DNA from: Convolutriloba macropyga
Lineage: Eukaryota
DNA: 64,000 bases
NCBI RefSeq assembly: GCF_964194025.1
Contig: NC_134473.1
Span: 40,548,001-40,612,000 of the forward strand
Reading direction: 5' to 3'
Positions 48,164 to 60,900 of the stretch are shown in pieces; the first letter of the stretch is position 1, and each line of letters begins with the position of its first letter. Both the position numbers and the translations under genes were made by a program. A model generated the notes under the pieces. That model was not told the origin of the DNA and did not search any database. It saw only the letters and a program-made list of their open reading frames with translations.

Positions 48164-51100
48164 ATACATCCAAACCAACAGGAAATTATTGAATGCAAGT
48201 CGATTAACCAGGACAGAGCTTACAAATACACTTCGGGACTGATAGAGCCGTCAATTCAATTCGAAAGTAAGTCAGGCCTTTGTATAATTCCTTCAATTAG
48301 CATATTAGATGGAAATTGCCGAACTCACATTGGAATCATGAATCTCAATCCGAATAAAATCACAATTACAGCAAAAACAAGAGTAGCTAAATTTGAGGTT
48401 CTAACATCAAAACAAGCATCTTTTATCAAACCAATTCACCCTTCACTTTGCAGTCTGATTAATACTAACGAGTACGAAAATAATTATCTTAAAACATCAA
48501 GTTACTTACGTCGACAAATCTTTTCCGAAAGGACTGATGGTTTTTGGTTCCCAACACCAGAAAATTGTAAAGACGCTTCAAAATTAATTGGGGTAGAGAA
48601 AAATATCTATGAATCTCTAATGAAGTTTAGGGAAGACGAAATGCTTGACCCAACCATTAATGACGCCAGCCGAAAAAAATTCCTAAGTAAATTCAGTTGG
48701 GATAAGTCAATATTCAACATTAGCCAAAAACGAAAAACGGAAGAGCTGCTAATGCGCTATCATAAAATTTTCGCACGACACCGACTAGATTTAGGGAAAA
48801 ACACCGACAGTCCAGTCAAGTTAACGCCTGAGCATAACCGTCCTGTATATTCTCCTAATGCGATCACTCCGATACATTTACGTGATGAATTAATTATTGA
48901 ACTCGCATTTATGCAATACTACGATATCATAACAACGCTTCCATTTTCAAAGTATTCTTCGCCAATCTTTGCCCAACGAAAGTCGAGTGGAAAACTGCGA
49001 ATTCTGATTGATCTTAGAAAAATAAACCACTTACTTCGACATGACTACTCGAATCATAGTTTTCCTATTCCGACGATGGCTGATGCCAGTGCTCATCTAG
49101 CAGGTAAATCAATTTTTGCAAAAATGGATTGCAGCCAAGCTTACTTTTCGATGCAAATGGCAGATGAGTTGAGTATTCAATTAACCGCATTTAATTTTGG
49201 CTGGCGTACATTTGCTTTCAAGCGACTTGCGCAAGGCGTAAGCAGATCGCCTCCAGCCTTCAGTGCTTGTGTAAACAAACACCTTCATGCATGCGTTGCA
49301 AGCGACAGATGCTTTGTTTATTTCGATGATTTAGGTTCAGGAGCAATCGATGGAGATGCACTTATTGAAAACTTGGAACAAATTTTTATTAAAATAAAAA
49401 GCCTGGGATTCAAATTGTCAATCGAAAAATGTGAATTCGGAATACCTGAAATTAATTTCCTTGGCCATACCATAACAGGAGATGGCATTAAACCAAATAA
49501 AGATAAATTAGAAAAATTTCTGAAAACAGTAAAACCACCCAAATCTGTAAAACAAACAAGAAGATTAATTGGTTTTCTTCAATACTTCCAAAAATTTATT
49601 CCGAATTTGGCTGAAGAATTGCAACCGTTCTTTAAGCTACTACGAAAAGAAAGCACATTTATTTTAACATCAGAACATCATAATAGCCTTGAGAAACTGA
49701 AAGATGACCTCAAAAATGCGTGTTCATTGTCATTGAAGATGGCAAAACCAAACTGTCAATTCGTTATTTTGTGTGACGCAAGCTTCTATGCAGCTGGATT
49801 TGTATTACTCATTGAAGATTACTCTATGCCCAATAATACCAGCTCAGGAAAATCTTACGCACCAGTAGCCTTTGGTTCACATTTGTTTTCCCCAGCACAG
49901 TTAAAACATTCAATCTATGTCAAAGAATTCCTTAGTGTACAGTATGCTTTTGAAACGTTTGAACATTACATATGGGGAGTCTCAACCAAGCCCATTATAG
50001 TGCTAACAGACAACAAAAGCGTAACACGTTTCTTTCAAGCCAAGCGGCTACCGGGCAAACTTTGGAACGCTGTTGACTACGTGCTTTCATTCAACTTTGT
50101 CTTAGGCCATATTCCAGGCAAGGCAAATGCAGCTGCAGATTATTTGTCTCGCGTACACATAAACCCAGCAACAAAAATGAAACTTAAGTTAGAAGATCAA
50201 ATACCATTACACAAAATACGAATTGAAGTGTTATCAAATACACCAGATAATTCAATAACCTCTGTATATAATAGTGAAGAAATCGAGTCAGAACCTACTC
50301 AATACAAACTTCCAGAAATCACGGTTACAAATACAAATGAAATCGAAGAAGAAATTACAGAACTGAGTTCAATACATTGTAGTCAAATTTGTACACTCTC
50401 GGAAGAAAACCCACTGGATAAATTAGATTTGAGTTAAAGCTTAGTACCACTAAATATTGAGAGAGAGCAACGTAATGATCCAGACATAGTAAAAGTGAAA
50501 ACATGGATACACAACAAAATTAAACCGGAAACCACTTATTCAACGTATGACTTGAAGAAATACCACAAACACCTTAGCCGTTTAATACTAGAAAATGGTA
50601 TACTGTATAGAAAGTTTTTTGATCATACAGGACAAAACTACCATAAACAGTTGGTTGTTCCTAAACACTTACGAACAGAGTTACTGTACCGTGTTCACAA
50701 TAGTAAAATGAAGGGACACTTGGGAATACAAAAAACAGTACGTGAATTCCGCCGGAAGTACTATTTTCCAGGCTTCATTGATTTTCTAGTGGTGTACATT
50801 AATAACTGTTTAACATGTGCGCAAGCAAAATCTCCTCAGCACAAATACTTAACACCACCATTAAATCCAGTTAGTTCCAACACAAGCCTACCAGCTGATA
50901 TGCTTCAAATAGACATTGTAGGAAAATTACCTCATAGCGGTGGATACTCATATATTTTGACTGGAATGGACGTTTTCACAAAATACATGTTTGCGCAACC
51001 ACTAACTTCAGTTTCAGCAGAAACAGTAGCAAAATATCTTGTACAATGGTTCATGCGACATTCATATATTCCGCTTTTAGTAGTTACAGATCAAGGTACC

Positions 51101-52345
51101 CAGTTTGTTTCAAAATTACTCCAAGAACTTGCGGAAATTTTAGAAATAAAACTTGAGCACGCTACAGTAAAGCACGCACAAACAATTGGTGTAATTGAAC
51201 GATCCCATGGACCACTGAAACGCTATCTAAGGATTTATGAAAATCAATTACAACACGATTGGCATAAGCACATAGACCTAGCAGTATTCCAACATAATAC
51301 TAGTTACCATACAACTATTGGTTGCCCACCAACTCTACTTTTTCATGGTCGAATACCAATAAACCCAATAGATGTTAGGTTTAACAACAGAACATTGTAT
51401 CATCACAGTAGCAAATATGACTACATATCAGATTTACAGAGCAAAATGATGACACTTTTCGGGCAAACAAAAGAATTACTTGTGAAATCTTTTAATAAGT
51501 ATAAGGAATACTATGACAGAAAAGCAGCAGCTGTGCCACTCAAATTAAATGACTATTGTGTTATGCTAAACCCAAAACTGTCTAACGAACACGAGAAAAT
51601 CAGCAACTTACAATGTAAATGGAATGGATTATACCGCATTGAGAAAGTTCTTTCCAGAAGCAATTATGTAGTCAGAAAAGTTAATACCAACCATACGCAA
51701 ATAGTCCATAGAGTTCGATTAAAACCTATTATACCACAGTATGAAGTAAAAGACCTTACTAATATTGACAGTAAACAATTTATTCCAGATCCATTAGTGC
51801 CTGAAGCATTACGAGAACCAGAACTTTTCGACAATAGTTTAGAAGATATGCTTTATAATCCATGGGATTTAAATAGAGTAACCAAAGTCGAAACAAAAAT
51901 ACCACAACTTAAATTGAATGAGCAACAAAACGAAAACACTCCAGGAAGAAGAACAACTGAATCAAGTGTTTCTAATAGCGCAACACAATCAAGTACTGAA
52001 TCATCAAATTCAATCTTTAAGACTCCAGAATCAATTGGAAACGATCAAGTTCATTCAACACCAAATTCAGAAATTTCAAGTCCAAAATCGACTAATATTA
52101 GAAATATTGTTCCCCCATCTGAACCAAAAGCACCTGTATCAAATTTGTCTAAAATAATTGCAGAAAAAAGAGCTGAAAGAGCAGCGCAGTCAAGTAGTAG
52201 TAATTCAACTGTACTTACAACAGCCCAAAAACCAGCTCAAACAACTGTATCAGTACAAGTTCAACAACCATCACCACAAGCTGCAAACACAGTTTCACAA
52301 TATGGTCGTGTCAGGAAGCAGACACAACATTTTCAGTCTAGTTAA
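48156..52345 (+). pseudogene. pol: pol (RT, RNase H, integrase) with one in-frame nonsense codon at 50435-50437
   Basis: LRILIDLR, KMDCSQAY, YFDD, CDAS, TDNKS, NAAADYLSR; HHCC, QIDIVG, VTDQGTQF, IERSH. Confidence 0.95.
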
Positions 52346-52755
52346 GACGTTTTTCTTACAAATACTTATCCTATTTTCATTACTATAACATTATTTCTAT
52401 AAAACACTGAATAATTTGAAAACGACTATGTTCATATATTCCTTTCCTCAAATAACTATTTTGCACACTGAATGAACACCAACCATTCCAAACTTGCCTC
52501 CAGCAAAACTATGCATTTAACACTTTGAAGGGAAAGTTATCGACATTATTATCCCTGATTATTCATGTTTCCAACAATAGTTCTATTAGGAAAACATACA
52601 AAAATTCAATTATCTCGAGTTACAATAAAAAAAATGAAAAATCCGCCTGCATACGATTGTAGCCTAGGGTTTTGTGCAATTAATGAACCTATTCTCATTA
52701 TCGCAACTTTTATGTGCTAGCAGCGTAAATTATAAAACTTTATAAAAACGTACTT

Positions 52756-53025
52756 TTATTGAGAAAATTGGTTATTTTCTCGCTGTTGAATTTCAACTCC
52801 AGCCCGACATGTTTGATCTGCAGTCCACATATTCTCTACGCGGTAGAAATTGACTAAATGCAGTTCATTTACTGCTGCACAATCTCTTCCAAGACCACGG
52901 TGTAACCTCAATTGGAGGTTTTCTAAACAGCATAAAATCGAATTTTCCACCGTAATATTCCTATATGCACTTACATATTCCCCTATATCAAATTTTACCT
53001 GTTTCTTTATTTCGTTTTTCTTCAT
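52756..53025 (-). CDS. Possible third antisense accessory ORF
   Basis: ATG-initiated, 89 aa, overlaps the end of the AT-hook ORF; no motif recognised. Confidence 0.3.
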   Translation of the reverse strand: MKKNEIKKQVKFDIGEYVSAYRNITVENSILCCLENLQLRLHRGLGRDCAAVNELHLVNFYRVENMWTADQTCRAGVEIQQRENNQFSQ

Positions 53026-54134
53026 ATTTGGCTTTCTGACCAGGAAGGAAGAAACTGCGTTTACGATTTTTGCTTGAGCCCGCAGGGCGGCCGCGTTTAC
53101 TTGTACTAGTGGTAATAACTACATTTTGGCCAGACGAAGCATAAGATTGTAAATGTTCAGTTATTCCACTGTTCTTTCCATGTTGTTTATCTCGAAAGCT
53201 ACTCCATTCAGCAGCTCCCTTTATGCCATGAACTATTAACCCTAATAACCAGACTTTAGAAGGCATTGTTCTGCAAACCATTTCCATAATTACTCAGCGT
53301 TTCTTGTGCGCGACTAGTATCATTTACGTTATTTGCTTCCCAACCCAAGACAAGTGAAGGACCGGTTGTGAAGGATAAAACTGCATGCGCGCATAAAGCA
53401 GGCTGGCAAAGGAAATGAGATTTGTTTGGAATGTAATAGTACATGGAATGTTTGTATTTATCTGGTCCACTCTTTACAAATTGAATGAAATTCTTGACAC
53501 TTCTAAAATGCCTTTCTAACAATACACTTTCTTTACCACGGTTAGAAATTATGAATAACTTTTCACCAACAGGGGTATATGAAATTGAATCCTTACCACC
53601 AGTTTCAACGTGACCATCTGTATAATACGGATTAAATTGAAACAATGCATCAAAATTAGTAAAAGTTAACGATTCAGGAATAGAAAAAGTACATAAATTC
53701 AACATAGAAAAACTTACAGAAAACGAATGTTCATTTAAATCAAAATCGGGACATGAATGAGTCTGATAAATTCGTGATTCACGGCAATGGTTTATCACAG
53801 TTGAAGGTAGGGTGTAATAATTATCAACAATTTCACGGAATTGATTAGCATTGCTAATGTTCTCCACATCGTTTAGAAAGGAATTATCAATTTTAAATAA
53901 CTCGTGATTTGTTATTGCAACGGGTAATTTCATCCAGCCGTTATTTATTAAATTATTGACACCTTGCTTATTAAACTCGGTCATAACATCAGACCAATTT
54001 GAAGCGCCTTGAACATCAATATTTGGCACAGGTTTCCAGCCGATTGATTGTAAAGTTGATTCATTATAAAAATTGTCCTTAAATAATTTGATTTCTTCAT
54101 ACAAGGACAGCGAAAAATTTCGTGTATTTGGCAT
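52988..54134 (-). CDS. JmjC (KDM2/KDM7-like) 2OG-Fe(II) oxygenase with probable C-terminal AT-hook; 1-nt frameshift near 53258
   Basis: YTDGHVETGG...GEKLFII...QPALCAHAV gives T172/H175/E177/K192/H250. The overlapping downstream frame has KRGRPAGSSKNRKR. Confidence 0.8.
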
Positions 54135-54241
54135 AGTTTATCTTAAAGAAAATTATTCATTATTACAAAAAAAATATTGCTGTTTACCACTAAACCTCTA
54201 GAAAATTTGAGTTCCGCTGAAAGATTAAATTTCATAGGTAC

Positions 54242-54517
54242 TTAGCAAAAGTACAACAAAAGGGCAGCAATTAAACATGGCCAGCAGCAGACACACAGAA
54301 CACAGGCCAAAGAAAGCAACCACAAATACTGCCAGACAGAAGACTCCACTACCTCTGACACGCAGGGATACTCCACGCTATTCGCGGTGAAGACAACCAC
54401 CCCAGACTCCAAGAATATAGTTGCATCTTTGCAACACAAAACTTTTGTTTCTTTATCAACGTTAATCTCATTACAGGCCGAAGCCAACATAAAGAAGAAC
54501 ACAAAGAAACGAAACAT
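54242..54517 (-). CDS. Small Cys-rich type I membrane protein (antisense accessory ORF)
   Basis: Signal-like MFRFFVFFFMLASAC, ~45-aa ectodomain with Cys residues, hydrophobic WQYLWLLSLACVLCVCCWPCLIAALLLYFC. Confidence 0.6.
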   Translation of the reverse strand: MFRFFVFFFMLASACNEINVDKETKVLCCKDATIFLESGVVVFTANSVEYPCVSEVVESSVWQYLWLLSLACVLCVCCWPCLIAALLLYFC

Positions 54518-55049
54518 ATTTCAACTGAAAACATACTTACCATTAGTGATGAATTCAAAATAATTCCATACTTTACGTTACAACACAGAAGACACTGAAA
54601 ACAGACATATTATTCATCAATTAACAAAATATTTGGATTTTTGTGCAAACTACATGTTACAAGGTGAGGTCTTGTCTAGACCAACACTATTCTTAGAATA
54701 CTACAATAACAAACACTAAACTTCGCTGATTAAACATCTACGACGAAACAGCAAAGTTACACGCTACGCTTAAACAAGAGGGCTTTTGGCAATTGGAATG
54801 TGAAAAACTAAACCTAGAGCTATTTTGAAAACAAAATTAATACTGCAGGATATTTATTCAAAAAGTCTGATCACCTACAGATGTTATTAACAGAGCCCAG
54901 AGATATTTTCTTGAAAGTCTCATAGTTTGAGGATATTATTTCTAATTAAAATGGCTTGATGAAAACTCAGTAGGTCATAAACTATTCTTAGCCTGGCCAC
55001 CTAAGGATCAAATTTAAATCCTACCAAAACACTGTCATATTCTCTCAAA

Positions 55050-57282
55050 ATGGTTTCCATAGTTTACCTGAGTCTAATAGTTACAGCAAATATTTTATCA
55101 AGTCATTGCGAATATCAGAACAACGGCATAGAATTTGTTTATCAACAAAAACTTTTGTTAGCTGAAAAATTTATTAACGTTCAATTTTTGGTTCCCTTGC
55201 CAAAACTAAATGAAACAATTGACGAGCAAATTAAATATCTTACAACAACATTATCAAATGCTTGGAGCAAATACGAATTCGGCTGCGACTTGTCAAATAT
55301 GTCAACGAATGAAACATCGCTCAACTTTGAATTAATTTCAAAACACGTTGAAAAACAATTACTAGCAGCCAAAGTCGACATAAAGGAACTTCAGGAAGAA
55401 CTTTTCGAAACGATGGGATCAACTAAAACAATGAGGAATTACTCAGCTAATAGAAACAAGAGAGGAGCTGGCTTAATAGCATGTGGAGCATTAACTGCAT
55501 TATCAGCAGGGGCAGGCATTGCATGTTCATTAGGGTCAATATTTGGAGGTTGCGGAGGATCAAGTCACAGTCAAGATGATATTGACTATGCCTTGCAGGA
55601 ATTAGAAGAAAATAAATACCGCTGGACTGAGGTCAACTCAAAACTGAACGAAAAATTTTTCATAATTGCTTCGCAAATGAAAGATATACAGAAAACGCAA
55701 TCACTTCTTATTGAAACACAGAAAAACCATACCATAACTTTAAACAGTGCCATCGATCTACTTAACAACAACACGAGACGCTTAATGGCGTGCAATCAGT
55801 ATTTCTACGCACGAGACGAGATGCTACAAGTTCAAACAAATTTGGCAGCTTCACTTGCAATTAACAATGAAATTAAAGCTTACAGAGTTGCTGTTTACGC
55901 CTACAAACTAAATTTACTGAATTCTGTCATGTCAATGGTTAACAAAGTGATACCGATGTCTTTACTACCACGATTGATGCTATTTGAAATTCTTCAAAAA
56001 GTAGCTTTAACCCAAGTTCACCAAACAGACAGATTGACACTTGCTATTCCAACGAATCAGATTCTCACGTATTACGAGACAAAAATTTTAACAAATGTTG
56101 CTGTAGTCAATTCAGGAATGATTTTCACCTTAGCAGTACCTTTTGCATCTGGTTCGACAGCTCTGAACTTATATAGAGCAACTCCAGTGCCCATGCTCAA
56201 CGGAGGAGAAGATGGTTACGCGTCTCAGTACGAATTGGAATCAAATTACATTGCAATAGCTGAATCTACAAACCGCATAGCATTACTCTCACAGCCACAA
56301 ATTGACAATTGTGTGGGCTCCAGTAGTTTTTCTGTATGCATAAATGGATTCTCATTGGAAACCGCAGAAAACACGTGTCTAGGTTCACTATTAATTGGCA
56401 ATCAGTTCTCAGCGTTACAAAACTGTAATATCTTAACTGTCAAACTCCCTATTAAAGAAAAAGCAAAGAATCTCGGCAATGGTAAATGGCTGATAACATC
56501 TTCCAGCAAAAACTTTGATATTTTTCTCAGCGATTTGAAAAATACTGATCATCTTAAACGAACAAAACTTCCTGGATGTCAAGTATGTGTGTTAGAATTG
56601 AAATGTGGAACAAAAATCGAGACTAGTTCAATGGAACTGAGAGCAGATGTTTTCTTGCAAAAACGATAGTGCGATAAAAATCGACATTAAACTAGCAGAT
56701 CCTCTGCAGCATCTCTTCAGTAAGCTTCCAGATTTATCAGAACTTCCACATATTTCATCAATGTCTGAAGCTCGCAAACAAATTATTGAAGAAGTTCAAT
56801 TAGAAATGTTAATGGTGCCCCAATTTCACAGAAAATCGCTTGTCAAATTAGACGAAATCTCTGAACCTATTATTCAAAACATGAAGAAGTTGAGGCCAAG
56901 TATTCAGAACAAATTTCGAGAAGCTGGAACTTGGAAAATGTCCTTAACGATTGGGTTCTGTTCTTTCTGTATTTCATTACTATTGCACTTTGGACTCACG
57001 TATGCTTTACAATGTTATCGTCAACGCTATGCTAGAGTTATTACATCGGTGGTTGGTGAAAAGAGAATTGAATCAAAACCGATTTTGGTTGTCTCTGCAG
57101 CAGACCATCAGTATTTACAATTACATCCTATGAGTAAACTTGCGAACAACAATATTGTTTTGAGTGAACAACAGTTGAAACAACTTTTTAATCTGACAAA
57201 TCAAGAGAGTGCTCCAGTAGACTTAGACAATATGCAACTTGTTTGTAAACAAATCGCGCGAAGCCTTAATACGCAATTCTGA
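55050..57282 (+). pseudogene. env: env: class I fusion glycoprotein (baculovirus F/errantivirus-like), frameshift near 56650
   Basis: Signal peptide, furin site RNKR, fusion peptide GAGLIACGALTALSAGAG, heptads, Cys-rich region. The TM segment LTIGFCSFCISLLLHFGLTY lies in the second frame. Confidence 0.9.
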
Positions 57283-57447
57283 TTAATAACCGTTAACTTA
57301 TTAAAAATTATAGATACCCATTGCATGCGAAAATTTTGTACACAAACCATAACACCAAAAGCCGTCTTGTTAATGTGGTTTCAAATTCTTTAATGAAGGA
57401 ATTTATAAATTAATAAGCAGTGTAACATCAAAATTAAAGAAGCGCAG

Positions 57448-57765
57448 AGTAATGTCTAAACTTTGATTGGATGTAAAGTTAAGCCATTTCTATTTAAACT
57501 TAGTTAAATCTTATTGGTGGAAAAATGCATGATTTATTATTGAATGAATAGCTTACCATTAGAAGGATTGGATTAGAAGAAGTGAAGTTGTAGAAAGATA
57601 TTGTTTAATTTGAAAGAAGAAAGTTTAGATGGAATGTAGAAGAGAATTGATTATTAGAATTCGTTGTTTTGGGAAACTGCAGGAACCACATCCGAAGACC
57701 TGAAATATATTCTTAATAATATCAGATACTTAACAATAATTTAGTTTATTATTGCGAATATAAGT
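57448..57765 (+). repeat. 3' LTR
   Basis: Preceded by purine-rich AAAGAAGCGCAG (PPT); followed by TSD CAGAT. Confidence 0.95.
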
Positions 57766-57779
57766 CAGATATTGCTCGG

Positions 57780-57942
57780 NNNNNNNNNNNNNNNNNNNNN
57801 NNNNNNNNNNNNNNNNNNNNNNNNNNNNNNNNNNNNNNNNNNNNNNNNNNNNNNNNNNNNNNNNNNNNNNNNNNNNNNNNNNNNNNNNNNNNNNNNNNNN
57901 NNNNNNNNNNNNNNNNNNNNNNNNNNNNNNNNNNNNNNNNNN
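57780..57942. other. Assembly gap (N run)
   Basis: Run of n. Confidence 1.
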
Positions 57943-60900
57943 TGAACATCTCACAAAAAGCTTCCAACCACATACTCAAAGTCAATTTTCTTTTCAACAA
58001 TTCAAATTTAGCTCGGCTGCATAATCATTAAGATGATGTTTTTGCAGAGAAAGACGCAGTAACAAGTAATTTACAGCTCGAAAAAGTGTTTTTCAATGAG
58101 CAAAATGTCAGCTTAAAATGATCAATTTAAAGAGTTTTAACTGATTTTTGATAGTTTTTAATCTCATCTCTTGCTCCCAGTCACGTGGTTTAGATGTCAC
58201 TCCTGAATTGTTGATCGGATAAAGATAATTGTGTCATTAGGATCCAGCATCTCTGAATACACTGATTTTGGAGCTCAGAATACGTTATGCCGTTTCAGCG
58301 TTCTCTGAATTGGTTTGTTTATCGCAAAAATTACCGAAACTAGCAACTCAGATATATCATATTTCATTTGAACGCGGCTTAGTGAAACTGTGGATAAGTA
58401 GTGATAATGATTTGATGCTTTTGGCGAAGTTGGAGTTATAGTTTGAGTTTAACCTAATGGTTAGTAATGAAGTATTAAGAAAGTCAGTAAATCTGTGTGA
58501 CAAAGTGTGCAAAAGAATTAGGCTTAGACGGAATGCAGCATTGAATTTTTCTTGTCATGATAATCCAACTCTGCTCTTAATTTTAGACTTGAAAGATTGT
58601 TCATTTGAAAACCTGCACTAAACACAGTTTCTTACCCAGTCATCTCACAAGTATTTTTATATCCAACAATATGATTAGTGTGGCAAAAAATGCCTTAGAG
58701 CTATAAAAACAAGATTCACTGAAGAAATATGAAGTTTTGAAAGTTTAAATGTTTCATCATTTATAAGTAATTTTCATAAAGAAATGAAAACAGAGCAAAC
58801 TGGTTAAGGTATTTGCACAAAAAACCCATGTCTGAGCAAAATCTGTAGAAAACAATTTTGTATGAAAACAGATTTGTGGATATCATTTAGGAATCAAGGA
58901 AAAATTACCGATTTTAACTATAACTATGCTCAAAAAGGTAGAGCACTAAATGTTCCATTTTGTTATGCATCTCATGAACATTTTTTGTCAGAGCGTTTTA
59001 GTAATTGCTTTTCATCAATTAGTTTTTAATAAACAAAAAAGAAATACGTTTTTTTGCAGTACTTTTTCGATACTTTCAGTAATCGCCATTTAGACAATAT
59101 TGGCGCATTTCTTTCATCATAAACCTTTTGAAAGAATCTGATTGCTAATTGGAAAACCCTTGTTCCAACAAAACACGTGTTTTTCTTTTTCTTCCAGCAG
59201 AAAAATTAATCCTAGGCTCACTTGTTTGTTTGTGTTTGTGCCTGATTTTTCTTTTATTCATTACTGGAATCCTAAACAATTTGACCCCACATTGATAACC
59301 ACTCAAACAATTCCAACTTTTACAAGCAGCGCTGAAACTTACCAAACTCTATCAAATTTTCGAAATTTATGAGAACTGTCGTTTTGATTTTTTAAATTCT
59401 CAATTTAATGACACTTTTAATTTATTTTTTTTAATTAATGCTAATTGATATTAATTTTAATTTTGGTAACACTATATGAAAACCAAAAAAAGCAGAATGC
59501 AAATTTTCTTTTATTGCGAGGCTGAAGAAAGGCCCCGCTTCTTTTTTGTTTTTTTAAACTTAAACATTTTTGCTAAACAGATCAAATCAGGCGTGTGTTC
59601 TTCTGATCAAAACATATCTTTAATTTAATTATTTCAACCCAATAGATAAAAGCAAGCGTGTGTTTTTGGATATGTGTTTTTTGGCAGACTTTTGGCTTAT
59701 AATCCAAAAAACTGTGCAGTTTATATGTATTGATTGTTTTTAACACTTTTGGATAGATTTTTTAAAGTCCTTATGGGTTTCTGTAAATAAGTTAATCAAA
59801 TTCGTCTTGATTTGTTAATTGTTTCTAGAGGGATTCAATAATTTGGCATTAGTGAGAAAATTGAGAAGCAATTTTTTCCCAAGATAAAAAAAGAAAGAAG
59901 AATAGTATTTAACCATTTGAATCTTGCCCATTAACAGTTAAGAGTGGAGTATTCCTTAAAAATAAGTCACTCAATTAGCAGCGACAGTCAATTTTGATGA
60001 GTTTTGGTGTCTGAACAAATAGACTTGGAGCTCAAATTTTTCTGTGTGGTTGACACTACTGGTTTGGGACGTAAACCAGCGGCTGAAAAAAGTTGAGCGC
60101 AAAGACAGGAGAGATAACTCTGGAGATTTATCCAAGAAGTTAGCGACAGTGATTCCAAATGATTCATACTGAACTGACAAAAATTCAAATGATCGGTTAT
60201 GGATCAAGATTTTACTAGTTTTCATTCTTTCCTTATTAAAAAACAATAAAAATTGCTTTATGAAACAAAATGGTTGTATCTTGATCATTTCCTATCAGCA
60301 CAAATAACAGTCTTAAAAAGAGCAAAACATATGGATCATTTATGCATTAATAAGTTTTGAATTGATGGTTTGAGTTGCATAATAATTCATATGCAAGAAT
60401 TCACCCTGAACAATGTTTTTAGAGGTTTCCAATCAACGCTCTTGGAGTATATTTTTTTGGTCGGCGGGCAAGTACTTTCGTATCCTTCATTTTTTTCAAC
60501 AAATAACCCTCAAACAGTTATCTTTCATTGGTTGTTAATCTAAAGGAAATCAATTCTTTTCTCTTTTAATTGTTATTCTAATGATGAAAACAATAAAACT
60601 GCACATCGAAGAACGTAGAGAAAAACACTATGGTACCAAAAAAATACGTAAACTTAATGAATTTTTAAAAAGCGTCAAATTATACAACATTTTGAGTTGA
60701 AACCAGTTTTATTTTAATCAGACATTACGTTTTCACCTTTTTATACATCAAACAGACGTTAGAATAGTTTTCACACAAGTTTCTAAAGACAGCTATGACA
60801 ATTTTCGAAATTAACCCTAGTTTTAATTTGATATGTTCCAAATCAATCCTAGTTTTGAATTGGGATTATTTGTTGACCATTCCTACCACTTTTTTTCTTT

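Larger units (their letters stand above)
46761..57765 (+). mobile_element. env-carrying Ty3/Gypsy (errantivirus-like) LTR retroelement, 11.0 kb, internally rearranged
   Basis: 318-bp LTRs, 5-bp TSD CAGAT (46756-46760, 57766-57770), TGG-starting PBS remnant, PPT, PR-RT-RH-IN domain order and env. Confidence 0.97.

Noticed and set aside
50435-50437. Programmed readthrough between RNase H and integrase
   Set aside because: A TAA at this position is not a known recoding site in Gypsy pol; a simple nonsense mutation is more likely given the other lesions.
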